Below are positions 39,669 to 49,300 of a stretch of DNA of 64,000 nucleotides, piece after piece. A program made the translations under genes and the position numbers. The notes beneath the pieces are model-generated. The model saw only the letters and a list, made by a program, of their open reading frames with translations, was not told the origin of the DNA and ran no database searches. Source of the stretch: Promethearchaeota archaeon (GTDB lineage Archaea > Asgardarchaeota > Lokiarchaeia > Sigyniarchaeales > SOKP01); contig JAHPZA010000009.1 in assembly GCA_019058445.1 (NCBI GenBank), positions 384,001 to 448,000 of the forward strand, given 5' to 3'. Numbering within the stretch: position 1 is the first letter of the stretch; every line of letters begins with the position of its first letter.

Positions 39669-42600
39669 ATGAATAAGTTGCTAGATTTGTGTTTTATTCC
39701 CTCAGAATATTGGAATGAGCCTTCGAGTGAATTTAGATTAATTAATAATGAAAAACCACTTCCGCAAAACGTAAATTTTTTCTTTTTATGGTCGTCTTCA
39801 AAGAGTTCTGAAAAGGATTTAGTTAAAAATATTAACCATATTTTTCCTGAAATCCCTGTTAATAAATTAAGAAGTTGTAAGATTAATCTTGCATTGCCTT
39901 CAGATGGAAATTTTTTCGAAATCAAATGTATACTTGGGAAAATTTTACCCATTCCTCCTGCAATTAATTTACTATATCAATTAAATATCAGAGAGGGTAT
40001 TGAAAAGATTAAAAATCATTATAACAATTCCATTAAGACTTATGCCTTTTTGACGAAGCTTATATTTGAACTTTTATCAAGAGGAGCTTTTGTACCGGTT
40101 TTGGAACCATATAATGAACAGAAATTTATTGGGAAGTGGCGAGTATTATTAAAAACTCAAGAAGATAATGAGCGATTTAAAACAATATTAGCTAATTGCC
40201 ACTGGAAAGCGCATAATTTACCGATTGATTTCAAAATAGAGAGAACAGGTAAAAATCAGAAGAAAATTTATAAAACTAATGGACTGTGGCATCCATCTTA
40301 TATATTTTTCAAATTTTTAGATATAGTAGGGGATTCTCTTATTAGGATTACATTAAATAAAACTAACTTTCTAACTTTTAAACAATTCTATAGCTCTGAG
40401 TTCAAAAAAGAAAAAGATACCGATTATGATTTGCTTTGGGATTTTAAATTTCTTAGATCTTTAATAGAAAAAGATCCTAGTTTTCAAATAACACGGTTTC
40501 ATGAAACAATTTTACCTAAAATTATAAAAAATTGGGTCCAGATTACCCAAGGATTCGCTTATAAGGAGGGAATTTCATTTACGCTTAAACTAGACTACCC
40601 TAAGGAGTCAAATAAGGAATGGCCATTAAGATTTTTCATAAATATTCGAGATAATGTTCCTATCTCCTTAAAAGAGTTCTGGGAGGGAAATTTCGAAAAC
40701 ACATCTGAAATAGATAAGATATTTAATAGTAAAGAAAAACTCATTGAAATAATCTTAAGAGCCTTAGGAACAGCTTCCAAATTATTTCCACCAATAAAAA
40801 CTGTATTAGAAACACGATTTCCAAACCAAATTATGCTCTCTTCTTCAGAAGTTATAGATTTTTTAAAATATCCAAAAGATCTATTAATTCAGAGCGGATT
40901 TAATATCAAATTACCTGAAGTTTTTACCATAGGTGGAAAACAACGATTATCTGCGAGGTTAATTATTCGTTCAAAAGAACAAAAAAAATCAAAAGTTAGT
41001 ACCACTAAATTACCTTCTTTATTTGATATTAACTCAATGTTGGAATATAAATGGGAAGCCCAAATTAAAGGAAAGACACTTACCAATGAAGAGTTTAAAA
41101 ATTTAATAGAAAATAAAGAACCACTCATAAATTGGCAGGGAGAATGGATAGTTATTGACCAGCATGATATAAATGAATTGAGTAATGTATTTGATAAAAA
41201 TTTGGATAGTGGAATCAAAAATTATATGGAGGCATTAAAATTAGGATTAACAGGTAATATACAACTTGAAGAAAATGGAATAGATTACGAAGTTGTTGTA
41301 GAAGGGGAATTTAAAGAACTCATAGAAAGAATTAGTTCAATTGAGAATTTTACAACAATAGCTAGTCCCCAATCATTTAACGGGACATTAAGACCATATC
41401 AGCAAACCGCGCTTACGTGGATGGGGAATATGAGTATGTTTAATTTTGGTCTTTGTTTAGCTGATGATATGGGGTTGGGAAAAACGATCCAAGTAATTGC
41501 ATTTCTTTTACATCTCAAAGAAACCTATCCGAAGGAACCTGGGAGTGTTTTAATTATATGTCCTACTTCTGTATTATTTAATTGGTCTCGGGAATTAAAA
41601 AGATTCGCGCCAGATTTAGAAGTATTGTTTCATCATGGACCTGAACGGCATAATGATGCATCAGATATCCCTGAATTTTTAGTACCTCATAGGATTTTTT
41701 TGACTACATTTGGCACTCTTAGAAATGACATTGACTTTTTAGAAACAATTAATTTCAGTGGAATTATTGTAGATGAGATTCAAAATATTAAGAATTTTAG
41801 TTCAAAACAGACAAAAGCAGTATATAAATTGCAAGGGAAGTATAAACTAGGCTTAAGCGGGACTCCAATAGAAAATCGATTGATGGAACTATGGACATTA
41901 TTTGAATTTTTGAATCCAGGTTTGTTAGGAAATAGAAATAAATTTCAAGAAAATTTTATCATTCCTATTGAACGATATCAGGATCAAGATACTATTGAAA
42001 AGCTTAAAAAACTAATTTCACCTTTTTTATTACGCCGATTAAAAACAGACAAGTCTATAATAAAGGATTTACCTGAAAAAAATGAAATTAAGATTTATGT
42101 TGAACTTAGTGAAATCCAAGCAAAGTTGTATAAAGAAATTATCGATAAAACCTTAAAAGATTTAGAAAGTATCATTTCTGACAAAATGAACGTCCTAACT
42201 TTATTAGTTAAATTAAAACAGTTATGTAACCATCCATACCAATATCTAAAAAAATCACTTCCATCCTTTGATAATGGTATAAAAATGAAAGATTTTATAG
42301 AAGAGTCTTATAAATTGGAAAGATTAATGGAAATGGTTGAGATAGTAATCTCTAATGGTGAGAAAGCCCTAATTTTTACTCAATTCAAGCAAATGGGAGA
42401 TCTTATTTATGGAATTCTAAAGAGAAAGTATGAATCCAATATTCTATTCTTTCATGGGGGGGTTCCTGAAAAAAAAAGAAGAGAACTTGTAGATGAGTTT
42501 CAATCTAATAAGAGTGAAAGTGCTCCAATTATGATTCTCTCCTTAAAAGCAGGAGGGACAGGATTAAATTTAACACAAGCTACCACAGTTTTTCATTTTG

Positions 42601-42839
42601 ATCGTTGGTGGAATCCAGCAGTTGAAGATCAGGCGACAGATCGAGCTTATCGTATTGGACAGAAATCTCCTGTCAATGTTTATAAATTTATCACAAATGG
42701 GACGATAGAAGAAAAAATCGATGCATTATTGGAAGAAAAAAGAGACCTTGCTGATAAAATTGTCTCATCCTCAGGAGAATCCTGGATATCAGACTTAGAT
42801 CTTGAAAAAATTAAAGATTTATTCACATTAGATTATTAA
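39669..42839 (+). CDS. SNF2/SWI2-family ATPase
   Basis: LADDMGLGKT, DEIQ, SGTPIEN, LKQLCNHP, SLKAGGTGLNL, WWNPAVEDQATDRAYRIGQ. Confidence 0.95.
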   Translation: MNKLLDLCFIPSEYWNEPSSEFRLINNEKPLPQNVNFFFLWSSSKSSEKDLVKNINHIFPEIPVNKLRSCKINLALPSDGNFFEIKCILGKILPIPPAINLLYQLNIREGIEKIKNHYNNSIKTYAFLTKLIFELLSRGAFVPVLEPYNEQKFIGKWRVLLKTQEDNERFKTILANCHWKAHNLPIDFKIERTGKNQKKIYKTNGLWHPSYIFFKFLDIVGDSLIRITLNKTNFLTFKQFYSSEFKKEKDTDYDLLWDFKFLRSLIEKDPSFQITRFHETILPKIIKNWVQITQGFAYKEGISFTLKLDYPKESNKEWPLRFFINIRDNVPISLKEFWEGNFENTSEIDKIFNSKEKLIEIILRALGTASKLFPPIKTVLETRFPNQIMLSSSEVIDFLKYPKDLLIQSGFNIKLPEVFTIGGKQRLSARLIIRSKEQKKSKVSTTKLPSLFDINSMLEYKWEAQIKGKTLTNEEFKNLIENKEPLINWQGEWIVIDQHDINELSNVFDKNLDSGIKNYMEALKLGLTGNIQLEENGIDYEVVVEGEFKELIERISSIENFTTIASPQSFNGTLRPYQQTALTWMGNMSMFNFGLCLADDMGLGKTIQVIAFLLHLKETYPKEPGSVLIICPTSVLFNWSRELKRFAPDLEVLFHHGPERHNDASDIPEFLVPHRIFLTTFGTLRNDIDFLETINFSGIIVDEIQNIKNFSSKQTKAVYKLQGKYKLGLSGTPIENRLMELWTLFEFLNPGLLGNRNKFQENFIIPIERYQDQDTIEKLKKLISPFLLRRLKTDKSIIKDLPEKNEIKIYVELSEIQAKLYKEIIDKTLKDLESIISDKMNVLTLLVKLKQLCNHPYQYLKKSLPSFDNGIKMKDFIEESYKLERLMEMVEIVISNGEKALIFTQFKQMGDLIYGILKRKYESNILFFHGGVPEKKRRELVDEFQSNKSESAPIMILSLKAGGTGLNLTQATTVFHFDRWWNPAVEDQATDRAYRIGQKSPVNVYKFITNGTIEEKIDALLEEKRDLADKIVSSSGESWISDLDLEKIKDLFTLDY

Positions 42840-42853
42840 GGAGCTAATTAATT

Positions 42854-43801
42854 ATGGATAATAAGAATTTTAATCGGAATAGAAAAAAAAAAGGAGCTCA
42901 ACGTGGTCGCAAAAGTGAATATGATAAAAGACGTACTCATCAAGAAGTTCAACAAATTAAACATGAATTAATTAATTTTGCTAAAACATCATGGGGCCAG
43001 CAATGGATTAAATCAATTTTAAAATTTGGACGCCCATTTAGAATGCAGCGTGGAATTGAATATGCCAAAGACGATAGGAGAATAGAAAATCTTAGGATAA
43101 ATAAAGGTCAGATTTTTGCCACAGTACAAGGAACTGCTCCCACTCCATATCGGGTTAAGATAAATTTCGAAATCATTCCGGACAAGATTTGGAAAACTAT
43201 ATTGGATTCTCTGGCAGAAAAAATAATTAATCTAACAATGCTTTTGGATGGTATATTGCCAGAGGAAATTGTAAATATCTTCAAGAAAAATAATTTTCCT
43301 TTATTCCCTGATGCATCTAAAGATATAAAAGCAGAATGTTCTTGTCCCGATAAAGCGGTACCATGCAAACATATAGCTGCTGTAATATTATATATTTCAA
43401 AAGTTCTTGATTATGACCCTTTTATTTTATTAAAAATCAGAGGGAAATCCAAAAAGGATGTTTTAATTGCCTTAAGTTTAGCTCAAAAGTCTGAAAGCGA
43501 TTCAATGACTATTAGATCTAATGAATCTGTTGAAAAAGAGGATAACATTAAATTTTCCTTTAATGTACCAAAAATTTCAGTTCCAGAACTATTATCAGAT
43601 AAAACTACTTCAAAGAAGAAGGGTTTTGAAGAAATAAGTTTTAAATTCAAAAAACCTGGAAAGTTAATAGAAACCTTTGAGAATTTAGGAATACCTCAAA
43701 GTATCGATGATCCAAAAGCTTTTGAAATTGTGCTAAAAAATATTTATCAGACTATTAGTTTAGAATTTTATAAAAAATCTATGAAAAAAGAAAAGAAATG
43801 A
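42854..43801 (+). CDS. SWIM zinc-finger protein, partner of SNF2 ATPase
   Basis: CSCPD...PCKHIAAV; RGxxYA; 14 bp after SNF2 stop. Confidence 0.92.
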   Translation: MDNKNFNRNRKKKGAQRGRKSEYDKRRTHQEVQQIKHELINFAKTSWGQQWIKSILKFGRPFRMQRGIEYAKDDRRIENLRINKGQIFATVQGTAPTPYRVKINFEIIPDKIWKTILDSLAEKIINLTMLLDGILPEEIVNIFKKNNFPLFPDASKDIKAECSCPDKAVPCKHIAAVILYISKVLDYDPFILLKIRGKSKKDVLIALSLAQKSESDSMTIRSNESVEKEDNIKFSFNVPKISVPELLSDKTTSKKKGFEEISFKFKKPGKLIETFENLGIPQSIDDPKAFEIVLKNIYQTISLEFYKKSMKKEKK

Positions 43802-43817
43802 AAAAGTGTGGATAAGG

Positions 43818-43970
43818 CTATTGAAATGCTCTTTTCCTATAATAATTCTTGAGTATTTTTTCCCATTTTTCACCTAATTCTGGTAAATCAGTGTCATAGA
43901 AGAGATTTACCGCTCGTTCTAATATCTTTGCAATATTATTTTCATATTTTTTAATATCATTGTCAACCAT
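43818..43970 (-). CDS. Possible small protein (50 aa)
   Basis: MVDNDIKKYENNIAKILERAVNLFYDTDLPELGEKWEKILKNYYRKRAFQ; fills intergenic gap. Confidence 0.4.
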   Translation of the reverse strand: MVDNDIKKYENNIAKILERAVNLFYDTDLPELGEKWEKILKNYYRKRAFQ

Positions 43971-44184
43971 AATAAATCTAAATGATTTATTGAAAGTATT
44001 AAACCAATGTAATATAGTGATGTCTGGAGCGTGTATTCGAAAAAGATATTTACAAAATATCTAGAAAATATCTGAATATATTTTCTACAGAACATATATC
44101 TTTTTTAAAAAACTAAATTTAAATTAATTAAAGATATAATTTATTTTAATAAAATAAGCAAATAAGAAGGGTTGCTGCCTAGGC

Positions 44185-45141
44185 TTGGAAAATCTCTTTC
44201 GTACTCTATTAAAAAATTACATGAATGATGTGGATGGGGTAATTGCTATTGCCATATGTGATAGAGATGGATTCATTATCGCTTCTGAGGATAGAGCGGA
44301 ATTTAACAATGAACCTGTAATTGGAGTATTATCGGCAGTATTAGATACTTACATAGATAGAATTAAGGACGAATTTGGAACAACCAGTAATTTTATGAAT
44401 ATCACAACTACTGGAGATAAAAAATTTGCTTATTGCTCTATGGGACCAAACTCAATTTTAACTAGTATTGCAACACAAACTACTACCGATATTGAATTAA
44501 GAGTTTATTCAGAACATATTGCAAGTAAAATAGAGTTAATTATATCTGGAAACGATAAAGTATCCCTTGAAATACCAGAAATTATTAGAACGCTTTCGAA
44601 AGTAAAAGGGGGAAAATTGCCAACAGGAGATTATTCTACTAAACTAATTCTCTGTGGAGATTATATGGTTGGAAAAACTTCTCTCATTAAAAGATTTGTT
44701 GAGGATAAGTTTCAAGAGAGTTATCTCGCTACTTTAGGAGTAGAAATCTCTAAAAAATCGTTAGAATTAGCAGAAACCACAGATATTAATTTTATAATCT
44801 GGGATATCGCAGGACAAAGAACTCAGATGGAAGCATATAAAAGACGTTTTTATAGCGGAGCAAACTCCGCATTTATAGTATTAGATAGAACAAGAGAAGG
44901 TAATTTAAAGAGTATTGAATATTGGTATAAAGATATCAAACAAGCAGTGAGAGGCAATATCCCTATTGTAATTGTCGGAAATAAGTCGGATTTAGAAGAT
45001 AAAATTGTTATTTCTGAGAAAGAGATTAAAGAGATAACTGACAAGTTTGGATTTCACTACATACTGACATCTGCAAAAACAGGTGATAATGTAAATGATG
45101 CCTTTCTTTATATTGCTTACCGTTTTTTAGAAATGGTGTGA
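44185..45141 (+). CDS. Roadblock domain fused to Rab/Ras-like small GTPase
   Basis: N-terminal GVIAIAICDRDGFIIAS roadblock; GDYMVGKTS, TLG, WDIAGQ, GNKSD, TSAKTG. Confidence 0.9.
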   Translation: MENLFRTLLKNYMNDVDGVIAIAICDRDGFIIASEDRAEFNNEPVIGVLSAVLDTYIDRIKDEFGTTSNFMNITTTGDKKFAYCSMGPNSILTSIATQTTTDIELRVYSEHIASKIELIISGNDKVSLEIPEIIRTLSKVKGGKLPTGDYSTKLILCGDYMVGKTSLIKRFVEDKFQESYLATLGVEISKKSLELAETTDINFIIWDIAGQRTQMEAYKRRFYSGANSAFIVLDRTREGNLKSIEYWYKDIKQAVRGNIPIVIVGNKSDLEDKIVISEKEIKEITDKFGFHYILTSAKTGDNVNDAFLYIAYRFLEMV

Positions 45142-45260
45142 TTTTTGATTATGGTTTTAAATTAGAACACACTTCTTTATTAAATTTGTTTTATTAATTA
45201 AACTCAAATTGTTCAAAAAATTGGATTTAAAAATTAAAAAATTACAAGAGGTGGGAGTAA

Positions 45261-46190
45261 ATAGTCTTAACGGTTGCTTTCAATGATATACACGCTCAGT
45301 GAGACACTAGAGGCTATTTAATGGGATTTTCGATAAAAGAGATTACGTTCAAACAAAAATATCTTTTATACTTAACAGAACCAGAGCTGGCAGGTCCGTG
45401 GTTTAGTTTTAAATTAAAGGGAAAAAGGATAGGAACAATACCAGTTGTACTTAAAAATATTGAACCTACCCCGATATATCAGTTAGTAAATAGCAGAAAA
45501 GGTACAAAAATAGATCGTATTACATTAGATTTCGATATTAGGGAATATCTCAAAAAATTGATACGTGAAAATAAATTAAACCCCTTAAAATTTAAAGATG
45601 AAGAACATCTAATCCGATTATACATTGATGTTTTCTTGCGTAGAGGTCAAGCACCATACATGAATACATATTTTACCTTAAAAAATAATTCTGATTTTGA
45701 TTTAATTGACTTTTCTATGATTTTCATATTTGACTTTGATATCAACGGTCTAGAAGGTTTTGACAATGATTTATCTGGATATGATGAAGAGAATAACATA
45801 ATATATCAATATGATAAAACCGGTATTCATGCGGGTTTTTCTACAATTTCTAAACCAACTGGCTTTGAAACAAGCTTAACAAAAGATTTCCATTTAGGAA
45901 AGGGGAGATTAAATTTATCAAATACATTAAATGAAAGTGAAGGTGAAATTCTGTCAGCACTCCAAATTGAATTTAAAACTCTCGAACCAGAACATTCCTT
46001 TCAAACAGCCTTAACGATATCTGGGGGGTATAGTAGAGAAGAATTATTCGAAAATATCATTGAGGGACGGAGAGATGCTATGAAATATCTAAATCAAGTT
46101 TATAGATCTATCAGATCAGAACAGAGGAATAAACAAGAAGTAGCATTTATAAAATTGAACCTCCAAGAAGCTGAAGGGTGTAAAGATTGA
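45261..46190 (+). CDS. Candidate selenoprotein of unknown function (309 aa, Sec14); ORF track gives only 45321-46190
   Basis: GAGGTG SD (45248-53), ATA 45261, (M)VLTVAFNDIHAQ-TGA(45300-02)-DTRGYL-MGFSIKE... in frame; SECIS-like element right after stop. The 45321-46190 part is a solid ORF regardless. Confidence 0.65.
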
Positions 46191-46272
46191 TAAATCCATT
46201 TTAATGATTCAAATAAAAAAGCCGTTAATGGAAAGTTATTTGAGGAGAGCCTTGTGTTGGTTAGGATTTATT
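46189..46272 (+). promoter_or_regulatory. Eukaryote-type SECIS-like element
   Basis: Helix I TAAATCC(46191-97)/GGATTTA(46264-70); ATGA 46204-07; helix II TTCAAATAA/TTATTTGAG; unpaired AAAA 46217-20; GA 46245-46; fits ATGA-N11-AA-N24-GA. Confidence 0.7.
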
Positions 46273-46336
46273 ATAAAAACTATTATATGAGTATAGTAAT
46301 AAAAAATAAAATTAAGAAATTAAAAAAATATTTAAA

Positions 46337-49300
46337 TTATTCTTCTGAATTTTGTTTTGCTTTTAAGGTAAGATAGGTATCTTCAAGGATATTCAGATAT
46401 TCAATTAAAACATTATCGCTTTTAGATTTTTGGTCATATCCATTCTTAATAATTTTCAAAAGGTACTTCGGGAATATGAGATCCAAGTTAAAATCTGAAA
46501 GGAGAGCATAATATTCTGTACTGTTTTTATCTTGAAGGACGGAGATCAAATTCGCTTGCCATAGCTGTTTTAATACTAAGTTAATATCTGTAACACCTTT
46601 CTTTTTAAGCTTCTCTAGTTCGTTTCTAGTGACAATCGCGGTTCTTAATAATCGGAGTGTTTCATAAACTTGGGGATTACCTATAGTCTCAATTACTTTA
46701 ATATTATCTTCTTTAGATGGATGATAAGTTTGGAAGAATTTACTGATCTCATTAGAATATGCCTTTGCAAGCTGTGGTGGTAAACCATGAGCTTCAGGCT
46801 TTTTTAGTAATTCTATTGGAGGAACTCTGATCATATAAATATCATTGATTAAAAAGACCAATTCTGAAGGGAGTCCTTTAATCGAACTTTCTTTGACAAT
46901 CTCCATTTTTACGAGCTCTGCCAGAATATTTGCTAAATCAAAAAACCCTTCTTTGTATTTATCTTTAAGCCAGACCATTAGTTCTGATTTGGAAATAACG
47001 CCTTCTTCTCTAAGCCGATTTATAATCATCCGTTTGATTTCATCTTGATAAATATATGCAATTCGTCCTTCGGCGGTTAGGTTTGGGAACATAGCCAATC
47101 TCTGAAAGAGCGAAGAAATAATATGTAAATAAGAATCATCCTCTAAATTCTGTAAGATAATTCGTAAAATATCTGCCATTGCATCCTCATAAAGATCAGG
47201 ATCATCATCTAAATTTAACACTAAGACAAGGTAATAACCTTTTTCAGCTCCAGTATAGTATGATAAGATATTTGAATTGCCAGCCATTAAATTTACTGCC
47301 CCTGATTCTCCTGTATATTCATGAGTCCCATAGATTTGCATTAATGTCTTTTTAGTAATTTCAATTCCTTCTGGGTATTGAACTACAATTTCAGTACCAA
47401 CTCTTTCATTCCATCTCATAAGAATTAATCCCTTTGGTATAAGATCACTGCTTCTTTTTGTAGCAATGAGTTTTTGCTTTACTTTTAGTACTTCTTCAAC
47501 TTTTTGGATTTTTGTCCCCAGCATAGCTTCCAAAGAAACTCCAATTGTCTGCCATTTATCTTTTACTAAATGGGCCATATACATCTCTTTCGAAGGATAT
47601 AATAGCGAGGTATTGATATCGTCATTATTTTTAATTAATTTTTTCATCGATCTAAGTTTTTTAACAAATTCCGGGATCTTCATCAATTGAATATATTTAT
47701 AGGTCCCAAGACTACCTACGATTGCACCAATAGCCGCAATGAGCAATAGAAGATAAAAAATGGGTATGCTTACTACTCCAGGAATTACTTCGATCTCTTC
47801 CATTTCGATTACAATTGTAATATCAGTGTCTTCTGAAGTGTAATTCGCTTTTGAGATTTTAATAGTTCCAGTAATGGTGTTTGAGGTAAAGAACGCTTCA
47901 TAATCATCAGTTTCAAATTCCACTTCATACACTCCATCCTCAACCTCTTCAAACTCAAGCTCATCATCACCAATCTCTAAAATAACCGTTGCGTCCTTTA
48001 ATGGAATATCTCCCTTGGTTGGATCGGTTAATTCTATTGAAAGTGTAATTGTTTCTCCTTTCACTACACTGGTTTGTTTATCTTCAAACATATCTCCAAG
48101 ATCATACTCGATCTCTCTCTCATTAATAGTTAGAAATATGATTGCCTGTTTCGACTCGTAATTCTGTTTATCTAAAGTAACCCATACCGTATATCTTCCA
48201 ACTGCCATTAATTCAGTATTAATATCTAAAACATATTCACTGTCAGAATTAACATATAAATCTCCAGTTCCATATAAAACTGATTGACCTGCTCTTATTT
48301 CTGTCATTGAATAACTTTGTGTTTCCAAATCGATTATATTGGTAAGATATTGTTCATCAATATAGGAAAAAGTAAAATTTAATTCATCTTGGACATATAT
48401 AACTGGATATAAATCAACATTAATTGATGAATCGCTAATTAATGTCAATCGTTCTTGCACCTCTATCTCCAAATCTTTTGAAATATCCGAGATATAATGT
48501 TCTTTAATTACCTCAAACCGAATGGTATAATCACCGGCATTAATTAAGGAAGTATTTATAGTTTGCTGATAAAATCCTAAATTCTCATAATATTGAACGG
48601 TTCCGGATATATCAGGGGCTTCTCTTATAACATAAGTAACTAATCCAGTAGTTTCATAGAAAACAGTTCTTGAATAACTTATCCTAAAAGAAAGTGTAAA
48701 ATTTACGAGTTGGTTCGTTTCTATAGAAGCTGAATATATTAAATTCTTGTAAATCTTTGCTAGCGAAAATGTCCCTTCTCCTTGAAGAGTATCTGAAATG
48801 CTATACGTTTGCCCTCCAATTGTGATATTCATTGCTAACTCTGATGGAAAAAAATAGTGACTTCCATTGTTTATTTTACTAATCAATAATTCTGTACCTT
48901 GATCGTCAAAATTACTGGTGAAAACAATATTGAATTCTCCTCCATTAGGCAAATCTTGCTTGGATATAGTTGTACTAATATTTTCTAAATGTTGATTCCA
49001 GTAAAATCCTTGATAATATTCAACTGTAATATTGACATCAAACATGATATCTGAAATATTAATAATATCAAAAAAGAATTTATCATCAATTGGATATATC
49101 GTTATATTGTCAATAGTTAAGCCTGCATTTCCATTACCAAGGTATTCTAATGTAAAATTATAACCCTCATTAGTAGTAATTTTTGATATTGCTATAGTTG
49201 GATTAGATATAGGACTCCAATCTGAAGTATTAAAGCAATTATAAATTTCAAAAGTTATGTTTTTAATTATCCAGCCATTAACACATGATAAAATGTTTAT

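Noticed and set aside
35612-43801. MTase plus SNF2 plus SWIM as a DISARM/BREX-like defence island
   Set aside because: Separated by hisB and a membrane gene; SNF2-SWIM is a widespread pair; no other defence components.
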